Origin: Octopus bimaculoides | Lineage: Eukaryota | Direction: 5' to 3' | Length of the DNA stretch: 64,000 nucleotides | Assembly: GCF_001194135.2 (NCBI RefSeq) | Contig: NC_068985.1 | Location: forward strand, 85,846,896-85,910,895 | Shown here: piece after piece, positions 42,460-54,810 of the stretch | Layout of the letters: every line of letters begins with the position of its first letter | How positions within the stretch are numbered: the stretch's first letter is position 1 | Program-made: the position numbers and the translations under genes | The notes under the pieces: model-generated | Told to the model about the DNA's origin: nothing | Databases searched by the model: none | What the model saw: the letters and a program-made list of their open reading frames with translations, nothing else

Positions 42460-42800
42460 TATGTTCCGTTGGATTTACAACATCAGTGTGCATGACCAAC
42501 AAAGCGCAACTGTGTTGAGAGAAAAGTTAGGCAGGAGAGGGATTAAATGTGGGATGCTGGAGAGGAGAATGGATTGGTTTGGCCATGTGATGTGAATGAG
42601 GAAAGAGAGCAGTATACAAAAATGCCTGTTACTGAAAATGGGTGGTACCTGTAGAAGAGGGAAACCTAGGAAGACACAGGATGAAGTAGTGAGGACCGAT
42701 CTCAGGATTTTAGGGTTCACAAAGGAAATGACAATGGGCCGAGGTGTCTGATATGTGGTTCTAGAGAAGACCTGCCCACATCAGCAAAATTGAGTGCTAG
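42460..42800 (+). mobile_element. RTE LINE 3' end
   Basis: LREKLGRRGIKCGMLERRMDWFGHVM...GTCRRGKPRKT. Confidence 0.85.
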
Positions 42801-43440
42801 AAATGTTGTACCAACAATCTTTTCATGCACCCCACCCCAAGAAACTAAATTACATCTCTTCTTCTAAACTGCCTCTTTTCCTTCCTCACATTTCCTCTTC
42901 GTAATCTATGATTGTCTTCCAATCTCCTGCCCCACCCTCATTGCCCTGCTCGCTGTATCACTGCTTTTCCACCCCACCCCATTTTTATACCCAGGTTTCC
43001 ACCATTCACTGCAATCCCCATTCCCTACTTGCACCTTCTTGGCAATACCCGACCACATATATTATTATGACCTCCATACCTCTCTCTTCCTCACTTTACC
43101 ATCACATCTATACTCTGATCCTTGTTACTCGTGAGTATACCCTGGCACTTCGCAATCTCTCTCCTGCTCTCTCTTGCACTCTTGCTGTCTCCCACGCTCT
43201 CTCTTTTCTTTGCTCTTCCCTCTGGCTGGGTAGCCATATATCTCCTCTACAGTAGCACACCTGTTTCTGTCTTCTTTCTTATACCTCTCTCTCCCTCTTT
43301 CTCCCCTTCTCTCTCTCTCTCCCTCTTTCTCCCTCTTTCTCCCCTTCTCTCTCTCTCTCTCTCCCTCTTTCTCCCCTTCTCTCTCTCTCTCTCTCTCTCT
43401 CCCTCTTTCTCCCCTTCTCTCTCTCCCCCCTCTCTCTCTT

Positions 43441-43913
43441 CCTTCATTATTGTGCTTCAGGCCTTAACAGTAGACTTTAAGAATGGCTGCAGGTAAAAAC
43501 TGCCGATGACTTAGGACTTGTCTGCTGAAGAATTGGTGTAGAAATACCAAAGGAAGGAAACTCACTGTTGAGAGAGTTCTCGATGAAAACTTAGCAAAGG
43601 CTAAAGTTGTTGTTATTAGGAAGGAAACAAGACACTTTTGTCTTCAGGGAAATGACAGAGTCTAATAAATGGCAAAGAAATATATAGTAATTCCATACAG
43701 TGTAATCCCTTTGTAAAATATGGATGCACAAAGGGACAAAGAAAGTAGCCTTTGTATGTAGTAGATGCACAAGGATTGGTCACAGATTCTGTTATTTATA
43801 TGACATAAATAGATTACTCTTAGATTGTAATAGTCAGAATATGGAAAGAATAGAGAAAGTTCAGAGATTTATTGCATCGGATGACAATAAAAGAATTCTC
43901 TTTCTCTCAATAG
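43441..43913 (+). mobile_element. Decayed RTE RT fragment; left arm of inverted duplication
   Basis: FIIVLQALTVDFKNGC, ADDL, NLAKAKVVV, FVCSRCT and RFCYL. It is the reverse complement of about 46836-47326. Confidence 0.85.
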
Positions 43914-44139
43914 GTAACCATGTACTTTCTCTATAGCAAGACACCTGTTTCTGCCTCCCTATTTCTCTGTCATGCTCTAAACCTTGCCTCATTTGACATT
44001 GGGTAACCTACTCCAATGACCTCTCTGTTATAGTGAGACTCCTGATTCTGTCTCTCTGTCATAATCCAACCTTTCATCGTCTGACATAAGTTCTCCTCTC
44101 AAATGTTCCCTCCTCCCCTCTCAAAATTCCTTGTCTTGT

Positions 44140-44790
44140 GAATTACTTGGTGACTCTGTCAGTGCTAGTGTCATGTAAAAAGGACTGAGTCCACTCTGCA
44201 GAGTGGTTGTTATTAGGAAGACATAGTAGCCTGGGGTAGTCTTCTACTTGGCTGGCTCCGGTCAACTGTCCTACCCATGCATGCATGGAAGATGGACAGT
44301 TTCACAAGTCCAGGCCAGGCCAAAGCCTGCACCAAACTTCTGTGACTGTTTTGGCAAGGTTTTTACGGCTGCATGCCCTTTCGAACACCAACCACTTTAC
44401 AGTGTGGGCTGTGTGCTTTTTAGCAGCACCTGCACTGACAGGGTCACCAAGTGTTTGCAAGACAAAAAATATGATGACATATATTTCATATATATGTGTT
44501 TTATGGTTGTTGACAGCAAGGGAATCCAGCTAACAAAAGAGAACATAAAATCAAACTAAAAAAAAAAAGACTGGCATTCCATCATTTATGATGACAAGTG
44601 TTCCAGTTGATCCGATCAATGGAACAGCCTGCTCATGCAATTAACATGCAAGTGGCTGAGCATTCTACAAACATGCATACCCTTAACGTTGCTCTCAAGG
44701 AGTCTCAGTGTGACATAGGATGGGACAAAATGTGCCACTAGGAATACAACTCATGATCTTACAAATCATAAGCTGAATAGCCAAATAACT
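44140..44790. mobile_element. SINE cluster: family D (+, 44140-44310), family D (-, 44320-44470), family C (+, 44570-44790)
   Basis: Matches other copies in the window. Confidence 0.65.
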
Positions 44791-45709
44791 ACTCCATGTT
44801 CCGTCATTTCACTACAGCAAAGATGAATGGCAGTCTTGTCTGTTGTTATCTGTGCATCTGTCATAGAAAGACTGAGGCTATTGGCAAGACACAATGCTAG
44901 GGCAGACCGCTCCAATCTGCGGAAAAGGAAGAGGCAAAAAAAGGAGTAGTAGTAGTAGCAGTAGTGATAATGGTAAAGATGAATTTAATCAGTGCAAAAT
45001 GTAAACATTATTCTCCAAACTAGTGTTTCCTTTCGCTCTGATAACATTTTAGATTTTTCATGCAAGGGGACACACCTCATATTTCCTTGAATGACCTTTT
45101 AAAGAGACAAGTAGCAGCAAATTGATAATTAGATGGTCATGTGATATCTTGTTTGCAATCACAGAATTGGTAACCTGTTATCAGAGAGTATTTTGGTAAT
45201 TTAGATGAAAATCTGCGGAAATAATTAGCAATGTAACAAATGTAGAAAACAATTTGAATATTCTCTTTGGAAATCAACATGTTCCCAGTGTGTCAAATAT
45301 GAAACAACAACAACAACAACCGCCACTGCCATCACCACCACCACCACCACCATCATCATCATCACCATCATTATTATTTTGATGTCCACTTCTCCATACT
45401 TGCATAAGTTGGATGGAGTTTATTGAAGATTTTCCACAACTGGGTGCTCTCCCTGTCACCAGCCCTCATCTGTTTTCAAGGAAGGTAATGTTTTCCCAAA
45501 AGCCAAACATCATTCTTTCTTTGGGATTATTGGAAATGATTCTGCTGGTTTGACAGTAACAATAATTTTACAACTATCACACATTGTCAAAACAAGAACA
45601 TGCATACACACACATGTGTATCTGTGTGTGTGTGTGTGTGTGTATAATGATATAAATAATATATATATATATATATGCATATATACATACATATATTTTG
45701 TCTGTCTTT

Positions 45710-45915
45710 ACGTTCTGAGTTCAAATGCTGCCAGAGTCTTTCATCCTTTCAGGGTTGATAAACTAAGTACCAGTTGAGCACTGGGGTCAATATATTTGAC
45801 TTAGCCCCCCGCCTGTCCCACGAAATTTCAGGCCTTGGTCCTGTAGTAGAAAGGTTCATCACCACCACCACCACCATCATAATCATCATCATCGTCATCA
45901 TCATCATCATCATCG

Positions 45916-45996
<81 letters not shown>
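45710..45996 (+). mobile_element. SINE family B 3' part followed by long (CAT)n
   Basis: gttctgagttcaaat...catcctttcagggttgataaactaagtacc, then a microsatellite at 45857-45996. Confidence 0.85.
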
Positions 45997-45997
<1 letters not shown>

Positions 45998-46835
45998 TTA
46001 ATTCCTCATTCCATGGGCTGGAAGGTTTGACAGGGTCTGACTAGTCAGAGTACAGAGTCTGCATCCATATCCTCTTCAACATGATTTCTTCAGCTGGATG
46101 TCCTTACTGTCAAAATATTTTATTACATGTTTGGGGTGGTGGCTAATTATATGGCTAATTAGTTCACCTAATTATCAATTATTGACTATTATTAAACCTC
46201 CACTCTGATCTCATTTACACTAAAATATTCAAACTAATTTATCAGCTGATGAAAGTTCATTCAAACATGGAATGTATTGTTATAATGATGGAAATATTCA
46301 TAACGAGCAAACTTTATATGAGAGAGTTGTTGTAGTTGTTGTAGTTGGTGTAGTTACCATAGCCATTTAGCTCCAGGTCAACCATGACCAGACAGATCAA
46401 AGCTATTTCAAGTATGAGCATCTGATCACTTTTCCTGTGATGCAGCCAAGACTTCTGTCTTCTGAGATAGTGTGCAATTCTGAAGTAGCTCTGGCTACTA
46501 TTTTTAAAAGATTACCCGTCATATAGAGACTCTCCCATTGGTGCTTTAGTAACCANNNNNNNNNNNNNNNNNNNNNNNNNNNNNNNNNNNNNNNNNNNNN
46601 NNNNNNNNNNNNNNNNNNNNNNNNNNNNNNNNNNNNNNNNNNNNNNNNNNNNNNGACAACCCTCATCACTCTCTTACCCATCAAATATGCTTTTCTTCTC
46701 CTTCCTCTCTCTGTCTCCTTGTCAATCACCTGCAAACATCACCCAAGTCTACTTCTAGCAATCACTTCCTTTCCTACAAATCACTCATTACTGATAGCTA
46801 CCCCACCCTCACACCATTAAACCTCTTCTCCTTAT

Positions 46836-46836
46836 T

Positions 46837-46886
<50 letters not shown>

Positions 46887-47540
46887 CAATTCTTTTGCTG
46901 TCATCCGAGGTAATAAATCTCTGAACTTTTTCTATTCTGTCCATTTCTGATCCCTACGATCTTAGAGTAACCTGTACAACTGCAAGTTATGTCATCTAAA
47001 TAACAGAATCTGTTACCAATCCTTGTGCATCTACTACATATGAAGGCTACTTTCTTTGTCCCTTTGTGTATCCATATTTTACATAGAATTCCTATCTATT
47101 TCTTTGCCATTTATTAGACTCTGTCATTTCCCTGAAGACAAAAGTGTCTTGTTTCCTTCCTAATAACAACAACTTTAGCCTTTGCTAAGTTTTCATCGAG
47201 AACTCTCTCAACAGCGAGTTTCCTTCCTTTGGTATTTCTACACCAATTCTTCAGCAGACAAGTCCTAAGTCATCGGCAGTTCTTACCTGCAACCATTCTT
47301 AAAGTCTACTGTTAAGGTCTGAAGCATTCTAACAAAGGAAGAGAACTGAGCCTTCATGGATATCTGACGGCACAAAGGATTCCCCACTAATATCATTGCT
47401 CAAATTTCACTTTATCAAGAATATTTCATGTGCAGAGGTACTCTTACAGCTCCCAGATTCCATTCACCTGGACCTAATACAAGTAGCCATGCAGAACTCT
47501 GTCAAAGGTCTTTAACAAGTCAATAAATGCTAAGAACTTC
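46836..47540 (-). mobile_element. Decayed RTE RT fragment; right arm of inverted duplication plus 5' extension
   Basis: Minus-strand LAFIDLLKTFDRV, HEGSVL, LQTLTVDFKNGC and ADDL. Confidence 0.85.
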
Positions 47541-48503
47541 TCATACTCATATCGTACATATGAAGTTGAATGAAATTTGGAAGCCAATAAAATGAGGTTT
47601 CAATACAAGAGAATTTCGTTATTCATTTTCTTTTAAACTTTTGACCTTTTCAAAAAACTACAGTGGAACTCAGCAAAAAAATAAGGTAAAAATAACAAAC
47701 AACGAAGAAAACAAATTTTAACAACCATTTAGCAGGGCATGGGACCAAATTGAAAAAGTTTCTCATGAAATAGAATGCAGATAAGGTTTTTAAAGGAAAG
47801 TAGGAAGGTATAACGAAGACAACAGTTCCACACAGGTATGCTGAGTTATACAGCATACACTATTATAAACAGTCATACACAGCTGTACAACATGAATGAC
47901 TCGGCAGTAGTCATCATGAGGTGTTGCAACCTGTCACTACATGTAGGTGTAGCGTCACTGGAGTAGGAAGCGATATAAAATATGTCAGTGTGGGATTATC
48001 TCCGATGGAATCTTGGAATCTCATAGTAATAAAAGTGATAATGAGAGGGGAAAAAAAAAAGTAAAATAAGCAAACTGAAGCAATATGATAATCATTAGAA
48101 ATATACAAAACAAATAAAAGCAATTGTCTTCACAGACACATGTATGTGTGTATGGTTGTGCGTGTATGTGTGTGTGATCACAGCAATGTGTATGTGTGTA
48201 TGCATATACATATATACACGCACATGTATGTACATAAACAGTATGTATGTTGTGTGCACATATTTGTAGTTTAGTGAGATATCTGCAAAATAATGAACTT
48301 ATTTTTCTGCTGATTTCTTTCTAAAATTGCTGTTTTAATTTTTGTTGTTAACTGCAGTGATTCACTGTGGCAAGTGATGTGCCTTGCAATGGGGATTGTG
48401 GGAAGGAACCGTTTTATGGTTACATACAAGACATGAGTGACAAGACATGTAGTTCTGCTGGGTGGTTGGTGATACCAACAATGTTTGTGTCTATGCATGT
48501 CTG

Positions 48504-48536
<33 letters not shown>

Positions 48537-49328
48537 ACACACACACACACATATATATATTTACCATGTATATATGTATATACATGTGTGTATATATATA
48601 NNNNNNNNNNNNNNNNNNNNNNNNNNNNNNNNNNNNNNNNNNNNNNNNNNNNNNNNNNNNNNNNNNNNNNNNNNNNNNNNNNNNNNNNNNNNNNNNNNNN
48701 NNNNNNNNNNNNNNNNNNNNNNNNNNNNNNNNNNNNNNNNNNNNNNNNNNNNNNNNNNNNNNNNNNNNNNNNNNNNNNNNNNNNNNNNNNNNNNNNNNNN
48801 NNNNNNNNNNNNNNNNNNNNNNNNNNNNNNNNNNNNNNNNNNNNNNNNNNNNNNNNNNNNNNNNNNNNNNNNNNNNNNNNNNNNNNNNNNNNNNNNNNNN
48901 NNNNNNNNNNNNNNNNNNNNNNNNNNNNNNNNNNNNNNNNNNNNNNNNNNNNNNNNNNNNNNNNNNNNNNNNNNNNNNNNNNNNNNNNNNNNNNNNNNNN
49001 NNNNNNNNNNNNNNNNNNNNNNNNNNNNNNNNNNNNNNNNNNNNNNNNNNNNNNNNNNNNNNNNNNNNNNNNNNNNNNNNNNNNNNNNNNNNNNNNNNNN
49101 NNNNNNNNNNNNNNNNNNNNNNNNNNNNNNNNNNNNNNNNNNNNNNNNNNNNNNNNNNNNNNNNNNNNNNNNNNNNNNNNNNNNNNNNNNNNNNNNNNNN
49201 NNNNNNNNNNNNNNNNNNNNNNNNNNNNNNNNNNNNNNNNNNNNNNNNNNNNNNNNNATACATATATGTATGTATATGTATAAAATATATATGTATATAC
49301 ATATATATTACATATATGTATATATATA

Positions 49329-49372
<44 letters not shown>

Positions 49373-49893
49373 AATATATGTGTGTGTATATATATGTATA
49401 TATGTGTGTGTGTGTGAGTGAGTGAGAGAGAGTGTGTGTATATCTCAGATAGAACCAAGCCATTAGAGCAAAATTAAGGATAGAGAAAATGTATGGAAGC
49501 ACAACAGACAGAAACCTGTAACTGACGGGATCGCCTTGTTACACTCTGTCACACTAACTTTGCCTGTGGATTATATTAAAGTAATATCTCTGTGGGATAC
49601 TCAGCCATTTGCAGGCAGTTCACTTGATTAAACACATGAAATAGTCACAGTTGAGAGTGATGCACATTCGTTTACTTCATATAAGCATATACACATATAC
49701 ATACATACTATATATATATATATATATATATCTATTGAGAATTAGTAAAGGATATTTTCAAATGTTTACCAGATTGCTCACAGTTAGGTATTCAAAATAT
49801 TCAATGGTTAGTATATAAATCCTGTAATAATTCTTATATAATAAGAATTTAGACATATATATTTGTATAAAGGAATTAAAGGTAATGCTAATC

Positions 49894-49949
<56 letters not shown>

Positions 49950-49962
49950 TATTATTATTATT

Positions 49963-50170
49963 GGCAGCAAGCTGGCAGAATCGTTAGCATGTTGGGCAAA
50001 ATGCTTAGCAGCATTTTGTCCATTTTTACGTTCTGAGTTCAAATTCCGCCAAGGTTGACTTTACCTTTCATCCTTTCAGGGTCGATAAATTAATTACCAC
50101 TGAAACAGTGGGGTCGGTGTAACCAACTAGTCCCCTCTCCCAAAATTTCAGGCCTTGTGCCTTTAGTAGA
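49963..50170 (+). mobile_element. tRNA-derived SINE family B, near full length
   Basis: ggcagcaagctggcagaatcgttagc (A-box-like), gagttcaaattcc (B-box), then ttaccactgaaacagtggggtcg. Confidence 0.85.
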
Positions 50171-50205
50171 AAAAATTATTATTATGAGTTTATAAATATA
50201 TATAC

Positions 50206-50251
<46 letters not shown>

Positions 50252-50269
50252 TATTATGATTGACCGTTG

Positions 50270-50448
50270 ACTGAACACTATTCAATTTTTTTTCTCCGTG
50301 TTTTTCTCCTTGTCTCCGTATTCTTTCTGTTGAAGAGCGTAGCTCGAAACGTCAAAGACTTTCCATATTCCCGAGCGTCATACTAATATATACTTTTGTT
50401 ATTTACACCACCTGTCCTCGTCTGTTGTTATTATTTGTATATTCTCCC
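50270..50448 (+). mobile_element. Penelope-like element terminal-repeat fragment
   Basis: CpG-retaining pyrimidine-rich unit carrying a minimal hammerhead fold, an association established for Penelope-like elements. Confidence 0.6.
50322..50358 (+). ncRNA. Minimal type I hammerhead ribozyme motif with variant core CUGUUGA
   Basis: Stem I tcttt/aaaga; core ctgttga+a; stem II gagc-gta-gctc; gaa; palindromic acgt as helix III; predicted cleavage after C50353 (GUC). Confidence 0.7.
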
Positions 50449-51039
50449 ATATATATATATATATATATACATACACACATATATATATATACATACATAT
50501 CAACATATGCATATTTGTATATATACATATGTATACACATATAAATACACACACACACATATATACATATGTGTGTATATATGCATATGTATACACATGC
50601 ACCCATATAGAGAAAACTATGTAGTTTTAGGAGTGCATTGACATATGTGTGTGCTTGCATGTATGTGTATGTGATATGAAAAAGAGGTGTGAGCTTGGCA
50701 AAGAGAAATCTATTTGCAGAATATGGCCTCCTTTCATTAGAATAAAGAGAAGATACAAATCTATTGAAATGGTATAATGGATAACAGATAAATAGCAGAG
50801 TAAATGGTAAACAAAAGAGAAAAGCAACTTACATTGACGTTATTGTTGTTGTGGTTGTTGTTATGGCTATGGTTTAACCCTAGGTCAAGTCTCAAAGACC
50901 AGAACTATGATCAAAGTATTCTACCTATGACAGAATATAAAGAACCATATTTTCTAATCTGTTCATTTTTTGAGCCAGTAGAATGGGATTTTAAGGAAGG
51001 TTCTAGTAAGTTGACCAACGGAATAAAAGTCTACCTTAT

Positions 51040-51305
51040 TGAACCTCTCTCTTATTAACTTGAGCTTTATTCACTGACTCAAGCCCCACCCATTTCTTGA
51101 GCGTCACTCCTTGACTTGAACCTTTCTCTCAATTATCTGTTGAACGTTTCTCTCACTGGTTTGAGTCTCCCTCATTGTTTTGAACCTTCTCTTCATTGAC
51201 TTGATCTTCCTCTCAGTAGCTTGAGCTTTCCTCACTGACTTAAGCCTATTTCTCATCAACTTGAGACTTTCTCACTGACTTCAACTTCTCTTTCATTGGC
51301 TCAAC
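51040..51305. repeat. Degenerate ~20-bp minisatellite (acttgagctttcctcactg-like)
   Basis: About 12 imperfect units of 19-23 nt are visible. Confidence 0.75.
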
Positions 51306-51339
51306 TTGACCTTCATGATATTGGTAATGATCATTCAAG

Positions 51340-51720
51340 AGGATTTCTCATACTCTGGGATATGTCAATACACACAGACAGAGGAAGCGAGGCTAATAGA
51401 CCAGATTTAGTTGTCAGAAATTATCAAGAAAAAAAATGCCTTCTAATTGATGTATCAACCCCAACAGATGACAATGTATTTCTAAAAGAAATGGAGAAAC
51501 TCTTGAAGTACAAAGATCTGGAAATAGAGATAACCTGAATGTGGAGCCTAAAATAAGAAACAATACCTATAATAATAGGTGCATTAGGTATGATTAAAAA
51601 ACATTAAAAAAAAAAACATAACAAAAACAGCGAGACTTACAAATATATATAACACACAGAAAATAGCACTACTAGGCACTGCATTCATCTTATGTAAAGC
51701 ACTTTCAATACAGTGAAAAT
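51340..51720 (+). mobile_element. Dong/R4-clade non-LTR retrotransposon 3' end (restriction-like endonuclease domain)
   Basis: ILWDMSIHTDRGSEANRPDLVV...CLLIDVSTP...EKLLKYKDLEIEI*MWSL...IPIIIGALG...QKIALLGTA, a PD-D..K RLE signature. Confidence 0.9.
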
Positions 51721-51867
51721 AGAAGCACCACAACAAACCACAGCACATACTCAAGGCACAAAGTTGACCATGGCAGAATTTGAACTCAGAATGTAAAGGC
51801 AGATGGACAAAATGCTGCTAATCATTTTGTCTGGCAGGCTAAGGATTCTACCATCTGGCTGCCTCTA

Positions 51868-51929
51868 TAATAATAATAATGATAATAATAATAATAATAA
51901 TGATAATAATAATAATAATAATAATAATA

Positions 51930-51996
<67 letters not shown>

Positions 51997-52003
51997 CGAT
52001 AAT
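51868..52003. repeat. (AAT)n microsatellite
   Basis: Directly visible. Confidence 0.98.
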
Positions 52004-52263
52004 AGTTTTTTCACTGTAACACAAGACCAGCTTTTTGGGCAAATGGTTTTGGGAATATTATTGACCTCAGTTTATCACTGGTACCGATTTCATTGATCAC
52101 TTTGTCTTCATCCCAGAATGATGAACAGTAAAGCTGGTACTGTAAAGCTGGAAAATGAGGAATAAACACTGAAAAAACATTTGGTCAGCAGTCATTGCTA
52201 GCAACTCCCTGCCTGGTAATAGTGACAAGGACGATGATAATGCTAATAACAACAATGTTAATA

Positions 52264-52295
<32 letters not shown>

Positions 52296-53238
52296 GATAA
52301 TGATGATGATGATGATAATGATGAACGAAACAAATATGAAAATAATGACGATTATTATAATTTTGGTGGTAGTCATGATAATGATGATTGTGATGGCATA
52401 CATAATGATGAAGATGATGATTATAATAATTATTAAAATAACAATGATGATGACAATGACAGTGATGATGATGATGATGGTGACGAGGATGCTACTGCAG
52501 GTTGTTACTTCAGAGTTTGCTCTCTCGTAACCTTCCAATGTAAACTGTGAAGTTGACTGAACTATGAAAACTAAATTATTCTGTAAACAGCAACAACAAC
52601 AACAACAATAACACTCCCACCAACAGCATTAGCAGCAATGGGAAGACAAAAACAAATAAACAAACAAAAACAAACCCACAGAAAATGGAAATTTGCTGCT
52701 TCAAATATGTGTTAAAGTAACGAAGCTGTGACGTTTCATTTTGAAATGACAACGGATTACGTTTGATCCATGTTTTATCACCGAAATGTAATTTAATGAG
52801 GTGACTGGTTCATTGAACCTCACCTCCCACCCACCCCCACCACTCACAAACAAGATAAATGTTATGTAAATAAAGAAGAAAACAAATGATTAAATAAATT
52901 GAATAATATATATAATATGAATATAGACATATACAGACACACACATATAAACATATTTACATTTATATACATATATATAGACATAGAGATATAAATATAC
53001 ATAGCCATATATGCATACATACATTCACTGATATATACATCCACACACACATATATATACACACATATACATACACAAGCACACACACATTTATGAAATT
53101 CATGCAGGCTTCATGGAAATGATAAAATTGCAAAAATATTTGATTGTATGGTGACATTTTATTCAGCTTTCATGGAAACATGGAAAGACAAGAAGAACCA
53201 AAAAAAAAAAAATATTTAAACATAATAAAGATTGATTC

Positions 53239-53292
<54 letters not shown>

Positions 53293-53624
53293 CACATAGA
53301 AGAAAAACAAGCAATGGGGGAGGGAATGGGTAGAGAATCAGGTTATGTCTTCTTATTTTACTGTTTTGTTGATTATAAACCTCGTTTTTATAAAAGATGT
53401 ATTTTGGGGGAAGTGGTGGGGACAGAGTTCACTCCGTTGAAGAAACACATAAAGAATGGTATTTACACAAGAATTTTTGATATTCTACAAATCAAAGTCC
53501 TCTGTATGTGTATATACATGTGTGTATGTGTATGCGCGCGCGTGCGCGTGTGTGGTTGAAGTTCATGAACTTTATTTCTTTGTGAAACCTCTTAAAATTC
53601 AATTAATTTGCTACATTGTTTACT

Positions 53625-54172
53625 TGCTTCATTCATTAGATTGTGACCATGCTGGAGCACCATCTGGAAGAATTTTTAGTCAAATGAATCGACCCCAGTA
53701 CTTTTGCCAAACTGCACTGGTTTTCGAGTGGCGGTGGGGGACAAAGAGACACACACACACACACAATGATTTTCTTTTAGTTTCTGTCTACCAAATCCAC
53801 TCAGAAGGCCTGAAGCTATCGTAAAAAGACACTTGCTCAAGGTGCCATGCAGTAGGATTGAACCTGGAATCCTGTGGTTGGGAGGCAAGTTTCTTACCAC
53901 ACAACCACGACTGACCTATACTTATTCATATATTTTAGTAAAATTCGGGAAATGTTTTCCTTGAATGACCACCACCATCCAATGGAGAACTGAAAATCAA
54001 TGGAAACTGGGATTGTTTTTTCGTTTTTAAATCGAAAATATTTAGATCTTTCTCAATTAAAAGAAAAGAGAAAAGAAATCCTGTCAGCACTTCCATTTAT
54101 TAGTAAAAAAAAAAGACTCTAATCAGAGTTTAAACCTAACGAGGTTTAACGCAGACAAAAGTGCATTTATAT

Positions 54173-54211
<39 letters not shown>

Positions 54212-54810
54212 TAGATAAATGTAGGAATGGCTGCGTGGTAAGAAGCTTGCTTCCCAGCTACATGATTCTGGGTTCAGTCCCACTATGTGGTGCCTTGGGT
54301 AAGTGTTTTCTACTATAGTCTTAAGATGACCTGTTAGTGGATTTGGTAGACAGAAACTGAAAGAAGCCCATTGTATATATATATATAGTTGTGTAGGTAT
54401 CAGTTAGAGGAGTTTAATGTTTAATACCTCTAAGGGATAATTAAATTCAAAGGCGCTCCTGGTTATTACCTGGGTAGGTATAGTGCTTTGTAAAGTTGTA
54501 TGGTAGCAGGTAGTTTGGTTGGTAGACCATAGTTTTCTTCTCGTATATATGTGTGTATGTGTGTGTGTGTGTCTGTGTGTCATCCACCACTGCTTGACAA
54601 CACTGTTTGAGCCTGGGTGAAGCCAACCACAATTGCAGATCTCAGTAGCAGTAGCAAATATTTTACATCTCTGTAACTTAGCAGTTCAACAAAAGAGACT
54701 GATAGAATAAGTTCTACACTTAAGAACATAAGTTACTGGGGTTGATTTAGTTCAACTAAAAACTCTTGAAGGCAGTGCCCCAGTATGACCGCAGTCTAAT
54801 AACTGAAACA
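53625..54810. mobile_element. Head-to-head SINE family A pair (- 53625-53915; + 54220-54810)
   Basis: Both match family A, in opposite orientations. Confidence 0.8.

Noticed and set aside
43461-43492. 32-nt + strand exon-like segment ALTVDFKNGC after a long pyrimidine tract
   Set aside because: The peptide is RTE reverse-transcriptase sequence (LQAITEEFKTGC-like), so it is not a host exon.
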